Below, in pieces: positions 49,551 through 61,122 of a stretch of 64,000 bases of DNA. Location of the stretch: contig CM060734.1 of NCBI GenBank assembly GCA_030704615.1, positions 372,001 to 436,000 of the forward strand, written 5' to 3'. The position numbers and the translations under genes are program-made. The first letter of the stretch is position 1. Each line of letters opens with the position of its first letter. This DNA comes from Takakia lepidozioides. Taxonomy: Eukaryota > Plantae > Bryophyta. Below the pieces are notes generated by a model, which saw only the letters and a program-made list of their open reading frames with translations, did no database searches and had not been told where the DNA came from.

Positions 49551-52500
49551 TGAGTTAGGTGGTTGCTAGGTAATGGGCACCGTGTCCAAAGAAGCTAACT
49601 GAGGAGGTCCAGGTGATGTCACTGAACTCCCCTCACTCATCAATGGAAAGGCCTCCTGCCATGCTTGGTGCACACTCTCGCCTGCTACTTGCTGTAAATT
49701 CCCAACCGTACCCCACAGTGGAATATGCACAGGCACATGAGGAAGCAACTCAGCCTTGTATGCCAGTTGCTTGTCCTCATCAGATGGTGGCCTATCATCT
49801 GCATGGCTATTGCCCTCCAAGAGCTCACCACCCCAAGCCACCACCCCTGAGAATGCAGCCAATGTGGGCATCATGTTCCTATGATCCACCGCTACATTCC
49901 CAATAAACCACACTGGGAGCAGTGCACGTCGGCCATTACCTGACTGCCACTTCGGCCTATAGGATGTCGTTTCCTCCCAAAAGTTCAAAGTAAATCCCAT
50001 GGGGTATAACACAGCCCCACCAACAAGCACATCATATGACATCGCATCTATAACAATGGCTTTAGCTCTCATGACTGAGCCGTCCATAGGATGATCCGGC
50101 TACAATCGAATAAAGAGCTCATGGCGTGTAATCCTTCGCGCCTTCTCTGAACCACCCAAAGATGTTTAAATTTGGAAAGGGCAAGGCTCCAAATCCACCT
50201 CTGTAAGGCCCAAGCCTATAATTGCTGCCCTCCCCAACATCAATGGTTGTGCTCCCGAGTCCAACAAGACCCCTAGTGGCCTATGCCTCCTCCCGGTTGG
50301 GCCATCCAACTGAAACACTCCATCTTGATTGTCCACCAGGACTACTCGAAGAGTCACCATGCTGCGCTCAATGGCTGGTCTAGCTGGCAACTCTTGCAAC
50401 CTTGCAGCTGCCGCTTGCCATGGCGCAGCTGTGGCTGACTTCACCCTCGAATCCAAAGCAACCATAGACTGCAGCTTATCTGCTATCTCCGCAGATAGTG
50501 CCGATACATCACCACTCTCACAGAGTCTAGCTGCTAATCTGAACACAGCAGCTGGCCGAATCCCTAGCATTGCAATGGTCATTGCAGAAAACAATGGAGT
50601 TTGGCAAACAGCCGTAGCCGCCCCCAACAATGTACTGGCTGCACCTTGCTTTGCAGCACCACCCACTAACATTTCCTGAGCCACACCTGCTCTCCCCAAT
50701 GACACTCGTGGCTCTATCTCTGACACACTTGGATGAGCGGGTGTTGTCGATGGCGTAGTTGGCACTGTCTCAGCCAATGTAAAAGGATTGTGGAAGCATT
50801 GTCTGACGACTTGCTTCCCCCTTTTGTGGATCAAAATCCACATCCGCTCCTCTTGGCTTAGGAGCACACGTTGCTGCTCGAGTGACAGCAACAGCAGAGT
50901 CGAATACATGCAATGGCCCTGCAAGTGCGGCTCCACACATGAAGCCCATACCAATCTGGTCTTCCCTAGGCATAGGAGGTTGTGCAGGTGGGGCTTGAAC
51001 CTCAGGCCTTGGAGCTGGCGCAACATGAGTAGTGGCCATGGCAGCAAGACGTTGCTCTAGCTGGGCAAGTCTATCCACTGGTCATGACCTTGACCCTGAC
51101 CCTGTGCTCCTTGGTTTTGGTTACGACCTCCACCACGACCTCTACCTCCTCTACCTCTCTGGACTACATTGCCTCGTCCTCGGCCACCATTGTTCCCTTG
51201 GAACTGGCCTGGCCGTAGCTCAGGATGCAAGTCATAACAATGGGCCTCCTCATGCCCATACTTTCCACAATGCCCACAGTGTAGTTGTGCAGGCCAGTAG
51301 GCTGGATCTATGATATCAGGCCACTATAAGGCCACTATGTGCTAATTCCCCCCCCCACTAGCAAGCCATAGAGGCCTAGGGGAGGGTGGGTTGTATTTTT
51401 TTGTATTGGGGTTTGGGCGGGTAATTTTGCTTGACAGCAGCTGCCCCAAAGTCGCGAGCAGCCCGAGAGGAGCCCGGGTGCTGCGCTTAGAGAGTAGGGA
51501 CTCGATTACTAAAAGCGTGGAGGCAGCTGTGGCCCAGCCACGACGTACGGGAGCGGGGCCCCAGCACTGACCTTAAGTCGTACTGAGATCAAGTACATCA
51601 GCCGCGTGGCTCAGGCGTGAGGCCCTGAAGCGTGCGAGCAGGGTGCGGGTCTTTACCCGCTGGATAACCAAAAGTTGAGACGGACCGGCGGACGCTGGCG
51701 TTAACCGCAGCGGTCCACGGTTTGGACCGCTACGCACGGATCTGCGCCCCGTCATGTGGCGGGGGAGTTTTACGCAGCGGGCAATGTGTCTGCAAATTCC
51801 CTTAAAGGGAGATTCTTACCTTTAGCTATTAGATTCAATTTATACCCCTCTAAGGGTTAAGAGCCATTATCTAAGGCGCCAGTGGTAGATAAAATCTAGG
51901 ATTTTGGGAGGACGTAGCCTTGGAGGGGAACGTTCTTATGACTCCAAGAGAGAGCCAAGCGGGCCTGTGAGCAGTGAGCTAGAGGCGGAGACCTCGAGAG
52001 ACAAGGGAGGAGAGAAAATACTCTATCCTAAAAACTCGGCTACAGTGCGCCTTTCTGTCAGAGCCCAAGGTAGAGGATGACTTTTTCCACGGAGGGAAAG
52101 CGCACCAGCGCCTTAAAATAATGTAAAGGGGTGAAATCTGGCTTGGACCCACCAGTGGTTATTTTATTATTTACGCATGCATGTTCTGGACTAACGAATG
52201 TAGTGGCAGGGATGAGCTCTCAGCGAGATTCATTCATCCGATAGGGCCGCGGCAGTTACCCGCGGCAGGGAACGGTTCCCGGGTGTTCCTCGGTTCTCAT
52301 TGGGTTCCCACAGGGTTCCCAATGGCATCTTTAGGCGCCAAGGATATCTTTGGATTCCCCACATGATTTCCCACAGGGGAGGTATTTTTCCTGATTTTCT
52401 TAATTTCTTTTATTTTCCAGCATTTCTGATTTGCGAAATTGCTTAAATAGGATAGATGCACGTGGTGCTCGTTATAGCCTGCAGGGCGTTGATTAAACTG

Positions 52501-54028
52501 ATTGAACTTGTTGAGTTGAAGGGCTTAGAACCACCTTATTGAATTGAGTGAACCTATTGGATGACGATAGGCATTTTGGCCACTCATTTGTTAACACAAA
52601 GTATTTAGGCACTGGGGTAGAAAGCGTTGGCCCTTCCATTTAGAGGTGACTTGAACTTAAGCCCTCGGCGAAGGAGGGGCATTGGGAGAGGACGATTTTC
52701 CCTCTTCTCCCTAGGCTCGGCAGGTGCCTTGTGAAGGGATTAAAACATGTCCCGGCTATAGGCGGCTCGGGGGCCTAGGTGGTAGGAATTAGACAATAAA
52801 ACACAAAGACTTGGAAGGCAGTTACTGAGTAGATTGTAGGATACCGTAGGACTTAGAAACGCAAACTCGCCCTGTGAAGAGGAGTACGTGATTTCTCTTT
52901 GCCGGTAGGACTTAGATAGTGATCATAGCCACCATGTACGACCACGGACCCCCTGCACTAACCGCAGTCGGGTAGGCGGTTCAGTGAGCCCAACCTACAC
53001 CGCAACTTACCTCGGCCAACTGTGCTTCTGTGATTTGCTACAGCCTAGCCGATCCATTGTAGATTGTGGAGTGCATCTGGTGCGGGGCTGCGCATGGTAC
53101 TATCTACTCCATGTCACTATGGTCTGTTTATAGGCGTGGTGATAAATATAAACAGAGTTTTCTTGTTCTACACACGACTAGCGACAAAGTCAAGGAGTAG
53201 AACGAAAGAAACGTTAGCGGTAGGCTAGAAGGGAGGGCAGAGCGGAGAGTGGAGTGAATGCCTGCTGCAGCCTATCTATAAGGTAGATTTCCACATCATA
53301 TATGTACACATACGAGGCGACAGATCGATGGCTCATTTAAAAGTACGTTAGATTTCGGAAGTCTTAAATGTAAGAGGCGACGACTTATTCATGGATATCC
53401 TCATACTGAATAGATTGCTCTGCTGCTCACTATTGTACATGTGTATATATGAACTGTTAGATCGGCTTCTGTATGTTTGGCGGAGTTTTGCGATTTACTG
53501 TTCTGCTCCAAGTGTGCATGTCTTATCTAATATACATAGAAAAACCCATTTGTATGAACTAGTGACATTTGTGTGGAGCGCAATTTGCGATACCAGCTTT
53601 TCACTATTAGTTTCATAGATCCCTTATGCAAAGGCCTTTGGAATCACCGTTTTCGACACTGTATATAGTCCAGTGATCTTGAGTAAACATGCTACAGAAG
53701 CCTTCAGCACTTCCGGAGGACTGGTAAGCGAGGCCGCACTAGTTTGATGGTGTGCTTAATACCTTTAGGGGTTTAGGTGCGGCATCGTTGCAGTCTGTGG
53801 CACACGTAAAGCCATGGTATCTTCTGTAGTTCTGTAATTGTACATCTTACCAGGTCTGTTCATCTGTCCTCCGCATGTAATTAATTCTTCTTGTTGGATT
53901 GCAGCAATGAATGCTGCGTGTTGACAAGCGCATCTGGAGTCTAGTAGGGCCAAGGCAAAGCCAAAGGCTTATTGACTCTGGGATTGGCAACCTTGTGTAA
54001 CGACGTCTTCTGAGTGCTGAATACAAAG

Positions 54029-55804
54029 ATGGAGGCTATTTTTCCGAGAGGGGTGGCACTTACAGAAGATAGGTGTCAACAAATCTGTGCACACCTAAAA
54101 TCCCGTAAAATATCTGAGGAGGATCTCAATACGGCTTTGCTCCAGGCTGCCAGTAGAGGCTACGAGGACATTCTACATATTCTTATTGACGTGGGGGCAA
54201 CCAATTTGGTAGGTGCTATGACCTGTGCGGGATGGTCTGGCCACATCCACATCGTGGATGCCCTTATTTTACGAACAAGGCCTGTTGCCTTTGGTGCTGC
54301 CTTTGTGGGGGCGCTTGTAGGGCTTAAAGAAGACATGGTAAGACACGTGGTGCGGTTGGCCAACATAGAGGGGCTGGATAAGTGCCTGCTTATGGGAGCC
54401 GCTCGAATCTGGAGTTGCAAGACACTGGAAGAAGTATCTTTCCTGTCAAATGCGATTGAATGATTAGTGACAGCTGGGGCTAGTAGTTTCCAGAGAGCCA
54501 TTCAAATCGCTTGTGGTGATGCTGTCATGGGTTACTGGAACGGGCATGTCTTTGAAGATAAAGCCAGGATTCTGCAAAGAATAATTTGTTGGGGCTCAAC
54601 CTATCTGACAGCCGATTTCTTTGGCAGAATCCTTCTGATGATTTGTGTCACTTTTCTGTCTAAGTTGACTAAGCGCCGAGAAAGGAATTCGAATCTGCTG
54701 AGCTCAACAGATTCTAGAGGTGCCTCACCGGAGCAAAAAATGAAGCAACTAGGATTTATGCTTACAGATTCCAAAACTAGGGACATTCCATGCTTAGACA
54801 CAGTTGTCAAGGACATGATCAAAATCCTCTCCGTTGTGTGTCGAAATGGAGCAGCCCAGCTAGTTAGTAGTCGACTTCTTGAATTCACTGACTCCAACAT
54901 GGAGGATGTCAGGTCTTTGCTTCACATCACAACTTGTTTTCATCAACGTCCAGAGGCAAGTGTTGAGTGCACAACGTGCAGAGCTGAGTGGCCCCTGAAG
55001 ATGATGAAGTTTTTGCTCGTGGAATGCAGAATCAAGGAACTCGGTGCTACTGTAACAGTCCTCCCAGTGTTCCAAGCAGCCCGTTTGGATGTGCTGCTTC
55101 CAGTTGTACAATGTTTTCTGGAGCAGCAATGTGCTGATGCTTCATTTGTGTACCTTGACATGTCCCTAACATTTTGTCAAGGGGAAGCTATACAATACCT
55201 TCTTGATGTTATTCCCAGGCCAATAGATACAGCCAGCATGGTTGATGCTGTGAGATCTGCAGCCTCCAATACAAGAGGGCCCCCGCGTGGGCCAGAGGGG
55301 GTTCTCTTTGCTCTGCATTCAAACTTCCTGAATGATCCAAAAGCAACTTTGGCAAAAGCCACAGTACTGGCAGGATTGGCAGAAACAGACCACATAGTGA
55401 AGAGGCGCTTGAAGGAAGAGTGGTCTCAGCAAGCATTCACAGAAGGTATTCAAACTGGACATCGACACTTTTTTAATTGGATGCTAGTCAGAAAGCGGAG
55501 CTGCTCCTGGTTGCCAGTAGGGGAGCTTCCCCTGGAGCTTCAGGTGGCAATTGGCTACCTACCACTGTACAGAGACATTGTCACAACCCCTGGCAGTCTC
55601 TTATCTCAAAAGCAGCAGGGGGAGTTAGTAACAGCGGTGTGCCATCTATATCGAGGGAGCAGCAAGGTGACTGAAGAAGCTGTGCTGGAAGCTGATAAGT
55701 TCACCCTTTTGAGCTGGCTTGGGGCCTGCCTTCCTAACTGGTGCCGGGAAGTTAATGGTTCAAATAGTGCATCATCCCTCCACAGATTCTTCAGTGAGCA
55801 TTGA
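54029..55804 (+). pseudogene. SKIP35-like ankyrin-repeat protein, intronless, with one in-frame TGA at 54461-54463
   Basis: Ankyrin-like ALLQAASRGYEDILHILIDVGA and AGWSGHIHIVDAL. C-terminal FLNDPKAT..EEWSQQAF..LPLELQVAIGYLPLYR..LLSQKQQGELV resembles the SKIP35 family. The two ORFs are in the same frame. Confidence 0.75.
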
Positions 55805-56218
55805 GTGCCTTCACACGTTGAGTATGAGAAGCACCAGCACTGGACAACTGCTAAGTCGGTGCTTGCTATGAAATGGAAATCGTGGATTGGTGCCAGGTCA
55901 TTTCCCAAGGCATGGAGGTGAACACTTAAAAATTGTGGTATAATTGTGGCCCTGGAGATGGATGTCTTCAGTTGAGGGGATCTTGTTGGAAAATATGGTC
56001 GATCAAGACATTCAAACACCAATGCTGAGGCACAGGGACCCTTCCACTAGTCAAGGTGCTAGCTAGCAAGGTATGTACATCTCTGTATTGTAAAACCACG
56101 CAAGTCTGATTGTCACAAATGCAAAGAACAATGTAGTGACCACCTGACAACATGAACCATCTGGATTTGACAAACACAAACAGCACAACCTCCTGATACA
56201 ACTCACAAGAAAATTTGC

Positions 56219-56524
56219 CTACCTTGCAAGTCCTGGCGACCACCGCTTCCACCAAGCGACTAATGTATCTTCCGACAGCTCTATGGTCGCCCGAGTTATG
56301 TTCAATTGCCGGGGCTTCGTGCACTTCTTGGCCATGTGCCCGGGCTCCCCGCAATTGAAACACACTCCATCAAAGGTCGCCTTCTGTCCGCCATAGGCCG
56401 CTCCACCCGCTTTTCCTTTCGAAGCACCGGGTGCCGCCTTGACTTGTGAAGGCCCTCCCTTCGATTTCGGGGGATGCTTGCGCGTGAGCCTGTGAGCCTG
56501 GCTTTGCTCACGCCACGTAAGCAA
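56219..56524 (-). pseudogene. Gypsy gag C-terminal fragment
   Basis: Zinc knuckle CFNCGEPGHMAKKC after a basic, Gly-rich linker. Confidence 0.75.
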
Positions 56525-57294
56525 GCATCCACGTGTTCAGGCCCTAATACCGTGCTTTCCCCCTGGCTTCCCCTATTACCGCGGATCCTTATTTTTTATC
56601 CCTCTTCATTGCCCCCACATGAATATTCTTTTTAGCCGAGAACAATGGCAGGTTTGCAGATGGTTTATGATTGAGGTCATCCCTTTGGAATGAGGAGATC
56701 GCCCACTAGAGAACTGAATATTAAAAGCAAACCCTTTTGTTTTGCAAAGCAGTACATTCATTCCAACCCACAAACATTTTTCAATTCCGGATTCCGAAGA
56801 CCTACCCCAGGCAATCCCTAACTGTACTTACGGGAACGCGCAAAGAACTAGAAAAACAGTTTGGGGATGGAAGCAAAACCAAAACACAATTTATTGAGCC
56901 TCGGTACTTGAACCTCAAGAACTATTGGAGGTTTCAAAGGAACCACTTCCAGAGTTTATAGCAATATCATCTATGAATACAGCAGCACATCCGCAACGTT
57001 TTTTTTTTCCACGACCTTCATGTAGATGCGAATACATTGATTGTTGGGATAACACCCGTGCGCAAGCTTCAGCGTAAACCGGCAAGCGGTAAGCTCTAGG
57101 GGGACTCGGGGACATGTAGTATCCTTGGAAACCGAAAGGTGTCTGCTGATTCGATGACTGGTGCCGAACTTTGGAAAGCAAGAAGAGGAATGGTGGTAGA
57201 TGTTAACATCCAGATATAGACAATGTAAGCAACCATCTGTCAAACGGGAATGACACAAGTAAATGCAACATATTTTGCACGACTACAGCCGAAC

Positions 57295-60200
57295 TTACTC
57301 ACACTCAAAATCGGAGTCCACGTCGAGATCCTCCTCAGGCGCTTCGGGCTCCTCCAGAAGTCCCTATGTGGATGGGGCAGAAGTAGTGCCGGACTCAAGC
57401 TAACGAAGCTCGCTTGAGAAGAGCTCCGTATCAGCCTCCATGCCAAAGAAGTGCCTTCCGGCGCTCTTGCAAGCATGAAAAGATGCTCCTGCAAATCCAA
57501 GACGAACGAGAAATTAAAACAGGGCTTCCCTAAGGTCACTGCCCATATGTCAAACACAATGTGAAGGGCCCCACCTGTGCCCATAGACAAGTCAACCACT
57601 CGTCCACCATGACGGCTGCATGTCTCCACCAAAGTTTGCATGAAAGCTGGAGATTTCTCCCGTGCACCTCTCCAAGGGACACCAATCGACCTTTTCATAG
57701 TTCGACCCGAGTCGACGTAATTGAAGATAACATCATCCTCCACAGGCTCGCAGGTGGGGTCAATGTGAGCTGCAAGGTCCCTCAACTGGAACTTAGCAAC
57801 ACCAGGAGGAAGAGTGTCCTTCCGCCTCACCAGGCACAAAGCTTCGAACACTCGAGTCTGTCAATAATCACGAAGAGAGCATGAGGCAAAAGACACAACC
57901 TACCTTTTGATTTACTGAAAAACCATGAAACTTTAATTGAAAGGAACCAACTCACTTTCTGCCCCGGGAACTCGCCCTTCGTAAGAGGCAGAGTATTGAT
58001 GCATGTCCAAGTTTTGATGACACGAAACCCGGAAGCTTTCATGTAGCTGAAAAGAGTTCTTCGTGCCGACGTGTCCTTTGACTGCATGAGAAGAAGAGCC
58101 CCCGAGTCAGAAAGGAATTTGTTGCTGAATGAGAAAGCCCACTGCCAGTAACGAGAATCCGATTTGTTCCAAGTCGGGGTCGAATTGGAAGGGAACACAT
58201 CAGGGACAGGAAAACCGTCAGGAATGTCCAGCACCACAAGGTCAGTCGCGTATGCCTACTGAACTCCATTCACCCAATCCGGACTTTTTGTGACCTTCAG
58301 CAAAAAACAGGAGACAGTGTAAGAAGCCAAATCCAAATCCAGCACGAGATCAACACCTTGGACAAGTCAGAACAAGTGGCCAAACCAAAATCACTCATAC
58401 AATAGTTAAGACATATGTGCTTACCTGAGTGAGGAACGAAACAAGCATGTCCCATGATTTCGAGGGCACCCCTTTGAATGTGGACTTCCTGGACTCCATC
58501 ATTGCAAGAAAACTTTCACTCAGCACCTGACGATTGAACTGTCCCAAAACCCTAGAGGGATGTTCTCTCGCCTCGAAAGGCTGCTCCCTCGACCTTGATG
58601 TTTTCCTATCCCTCCTAGTTGGAGAAGGCTGTCTTTCAGGGACCTCTGACGGTCCCTGTCCTTGAGGAGCTGCACTTTTCCCCTTCCCCTTTGGATCCCC
58701 GACAATCTTCCCCTTTCGTTTTGGAGTAGCAGATTTCTTGGGCTCTTTTGCAGCCAGAGCAGAAATGATTCTATCCTGAATGTCTTTGTCAGCCAGTGGG
58801 GCAATTGCTGCGGCGTTGTCGTTCAGGTTTCTCAAAACAACTTCATCGAATGGTGTGTCTTGTTTTGGCAGGTCGAGGTACCACCCGCAGTCTCTGAAGT
58901 GCGCCCTGCTCCAGTCTCTGGCAATACCAGCCGTGTACATTGTCTTGTCATTGGAGGGGTCAGCCCATGAGTAGATGAAGTCTGGGTCATCGCTAAGGTA
59001 CTTTCCCGGTATGAGGACATGATACATGTACCTGAATCACACACACAAAATCCAGGCAGTCATTCAATCTGAAAATGAAACAGATCACACATCAGGAAAA
59101 GGATATTGAAATGCAGGAAAGCAACACGCATAAATCACCTTTGTAGTCCCGAATCAACCTTGCGTTGACGCAATGTTGAATCGAGCAGAAATGGGAAACA
59201 CAAAATGCGGAGAACTGTTCTTTGACAAGGGCAATTCAACATTGCTTCAAAACAAGGTTGTTTTCATTTATAGTGGAAATGGAAAACAGTGCTTGAAAAC
59301 ATCCTTTCGAATATCTACTGGTACGGATATTCAACATTGCGTTGGCGCAATGTTAATTTCCTGTGTTGAAACACATGTCCATGGTATTTGACAACCACAA
59401 CTTTCCTACAATTGTATGGAAATCGGGATATTGCTGCGGGACATTTCTAGCAATCCATACCACCAAACAACGTTGCGTCAACGCAAGTCTGTTTGATGGT
59501 ACAGAATAAGCTCTAAATAGCATTTCAAACAGACTCCAAACAGACTTTATGTTCATCTTGGCAGCATTGAAACTGGAAATGACAGCAAATTATAGCCCAA
59601 AAACCCAGCTAAACCTACATAGCCTGGCCCTTCATCAACCTTGCGTTGACGCAAGGCTGATTTTCCTGTCAGTTTTTCACCTTTCACATGGAGAAAAATG
59701 GCATTATGGGAGACCCCACCTATAGGAAATTGAAACCAAAACAACGGGATACAAGCTTGCGTTAACGCAATGTTGCTCAATTGCACATCCAGAGCCCTCA
59801 AAGCTCCCTCATAACCTGCAAATTCGAGCTGCTATATAGAAAGTACAACACAAGAATGCAGAAACATGCCCTTCAAGTACCAAATTTGTTTCAAGGAGGT
59901 CACACCTGTACAACACTCGTTTCATTGCTTGCTCGCTGTTGTACTGGTTTTTGAATTCGTGCGACCTGGAGATTCCTTTGTCTTTCTCAAACTCCCTGAA
60001 GAAGCAGTTGTTCCAGACAGCGAGCTTCCATCTCCTGATGTAGGCCTCCAGTGTGATCCAGGGCGAGCCATCTGGATTTTGTAGTCTGCCATGGACTCCC
60101 CAAGTGCAGCGACTGCACGTTTTTCTAACTGCAACAAGAAAGCTCATAAGAACTCGCGAGACATTACGGAGCAACACTACTTTCTGAAAATGGTTTTGTG

Positions 60201-61122
60201 GAAACCATACCTGGCTCCAGAATGTGGCTTTGTGTAGCCACTGGTCGAATGTGTGGTCGCTAACAACTTTTATTGCTTGTGTCTTTGAGTCCCTCTCAGG
60301 AGTTGGGAATATGTTGGTGTCTCTCACAAGTGGATCCGAATTCCAGATCTCCAACCACCTGATTTTGGTTGCATTGTCCACCATTGAAATGGAAAGGCGA
60401 TGTAGTTTCTCTTGAGTCATTTCTGGCTTAGAGCCATACTTGTCATAATGTGCTTTCACCTGCTCCAGAAATTCCGTGCCAAGACCTGGATCTGCTATCC
60501 GGATTTGTTTGTCGAATGCACTCATGAGGTTCTTCCTTTGATTGTTCATCTCGAATTTCATCATGTCCTCAAGCCCAGTTGCAGACCTCTGCTCTTCTGT
60601 GTGGGAATCATAGTACTCAGCTTTCGCCTTCAAACCAGTTTCTGCTATTTCTTGCTGCATTCATAACAGGTAAAAGAATCAAACACTGGCGTTTCTTGAC
60701 AAAATCTGCAGTAACAACAAGCAAACAGGTGTCAAGAAGCTTACCGTGTACATGTAGTCAAGAAAAGCCTCTCTTGTCAAGCTGTACCATGTGTTTGTCT
60801 TCTTCTCAGCACACCTCTTCATCTGCTGAGGACTGAGCACGTTCGTGAATGAATCCAATGGCATCAGCCCTATCTTCTGGATGCGGAATAGAGTGTGGCA
60901 GAGATTGGTCGTCACATGAGAGGTTTCATTGGACCTGCAAAAACCTTCAACTCATAAGTGGATTCCAAATTGTGGGAACTCGGAACAGGCACAATGTTGG
61001 CAACTTACTTGTTTATGTCGTGCATGGCTGTAAGGAGCTGCGTGACACGTCCTTTGTGGTTGAGAACCATGGAAACCGCGCTCCAATGCCATTCGATGTC
61101 GTCCGAGCGCCTTACGTAAAGG
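57295..61122 (-). pseudogene. Multi-exon gene ending in a beta-class N4C/N6A DNA methyltransferase-like domain; 5' end truncated
   Basis: TDLVVLDIPDG (motif IV position, about 58215-58248), FLSDSGALLL, then EKSPAFMQTLVETCSRHGGRVVDLSMGTG|ASFHACKSAGRHFFGMEAD across a GT-AG intron (57489-57574). Upstream exons extend to about 61120. In-frame TAG stops are present. Confidence 0.75.

Larger units (their letters stand above)
44268..51300 (-). mobile_element. Ty3/Gypsy retrotransposon: gag(3')-PR-DNMT-RT-RH-INT-PHD-PPT-LTR, decayed
   Basis: Zinc knuckle at about 51240, protease LLDSGAQ at about 50250, RT 47204..48064 (LDLRSGYHQ, LPFGLKNA, YIDN), RH 46653..47207 (TDWS, YEGECLA) and INT 45544..46392 (H..GHFG, SLDFAGP, LTDQGREF, GLAER). 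Purine tract agggggcgat is followed by TGTGG at 44822. Confidence 0.93.

Noticed and set aside
51310-53042. Possible LTR(s) truncating the DNMT element
   Set aside because: TG..CA candidates exist (51310 or 52122 to 53042), but there is no second copy, TSD, PBS or PPT to support the boundaries.
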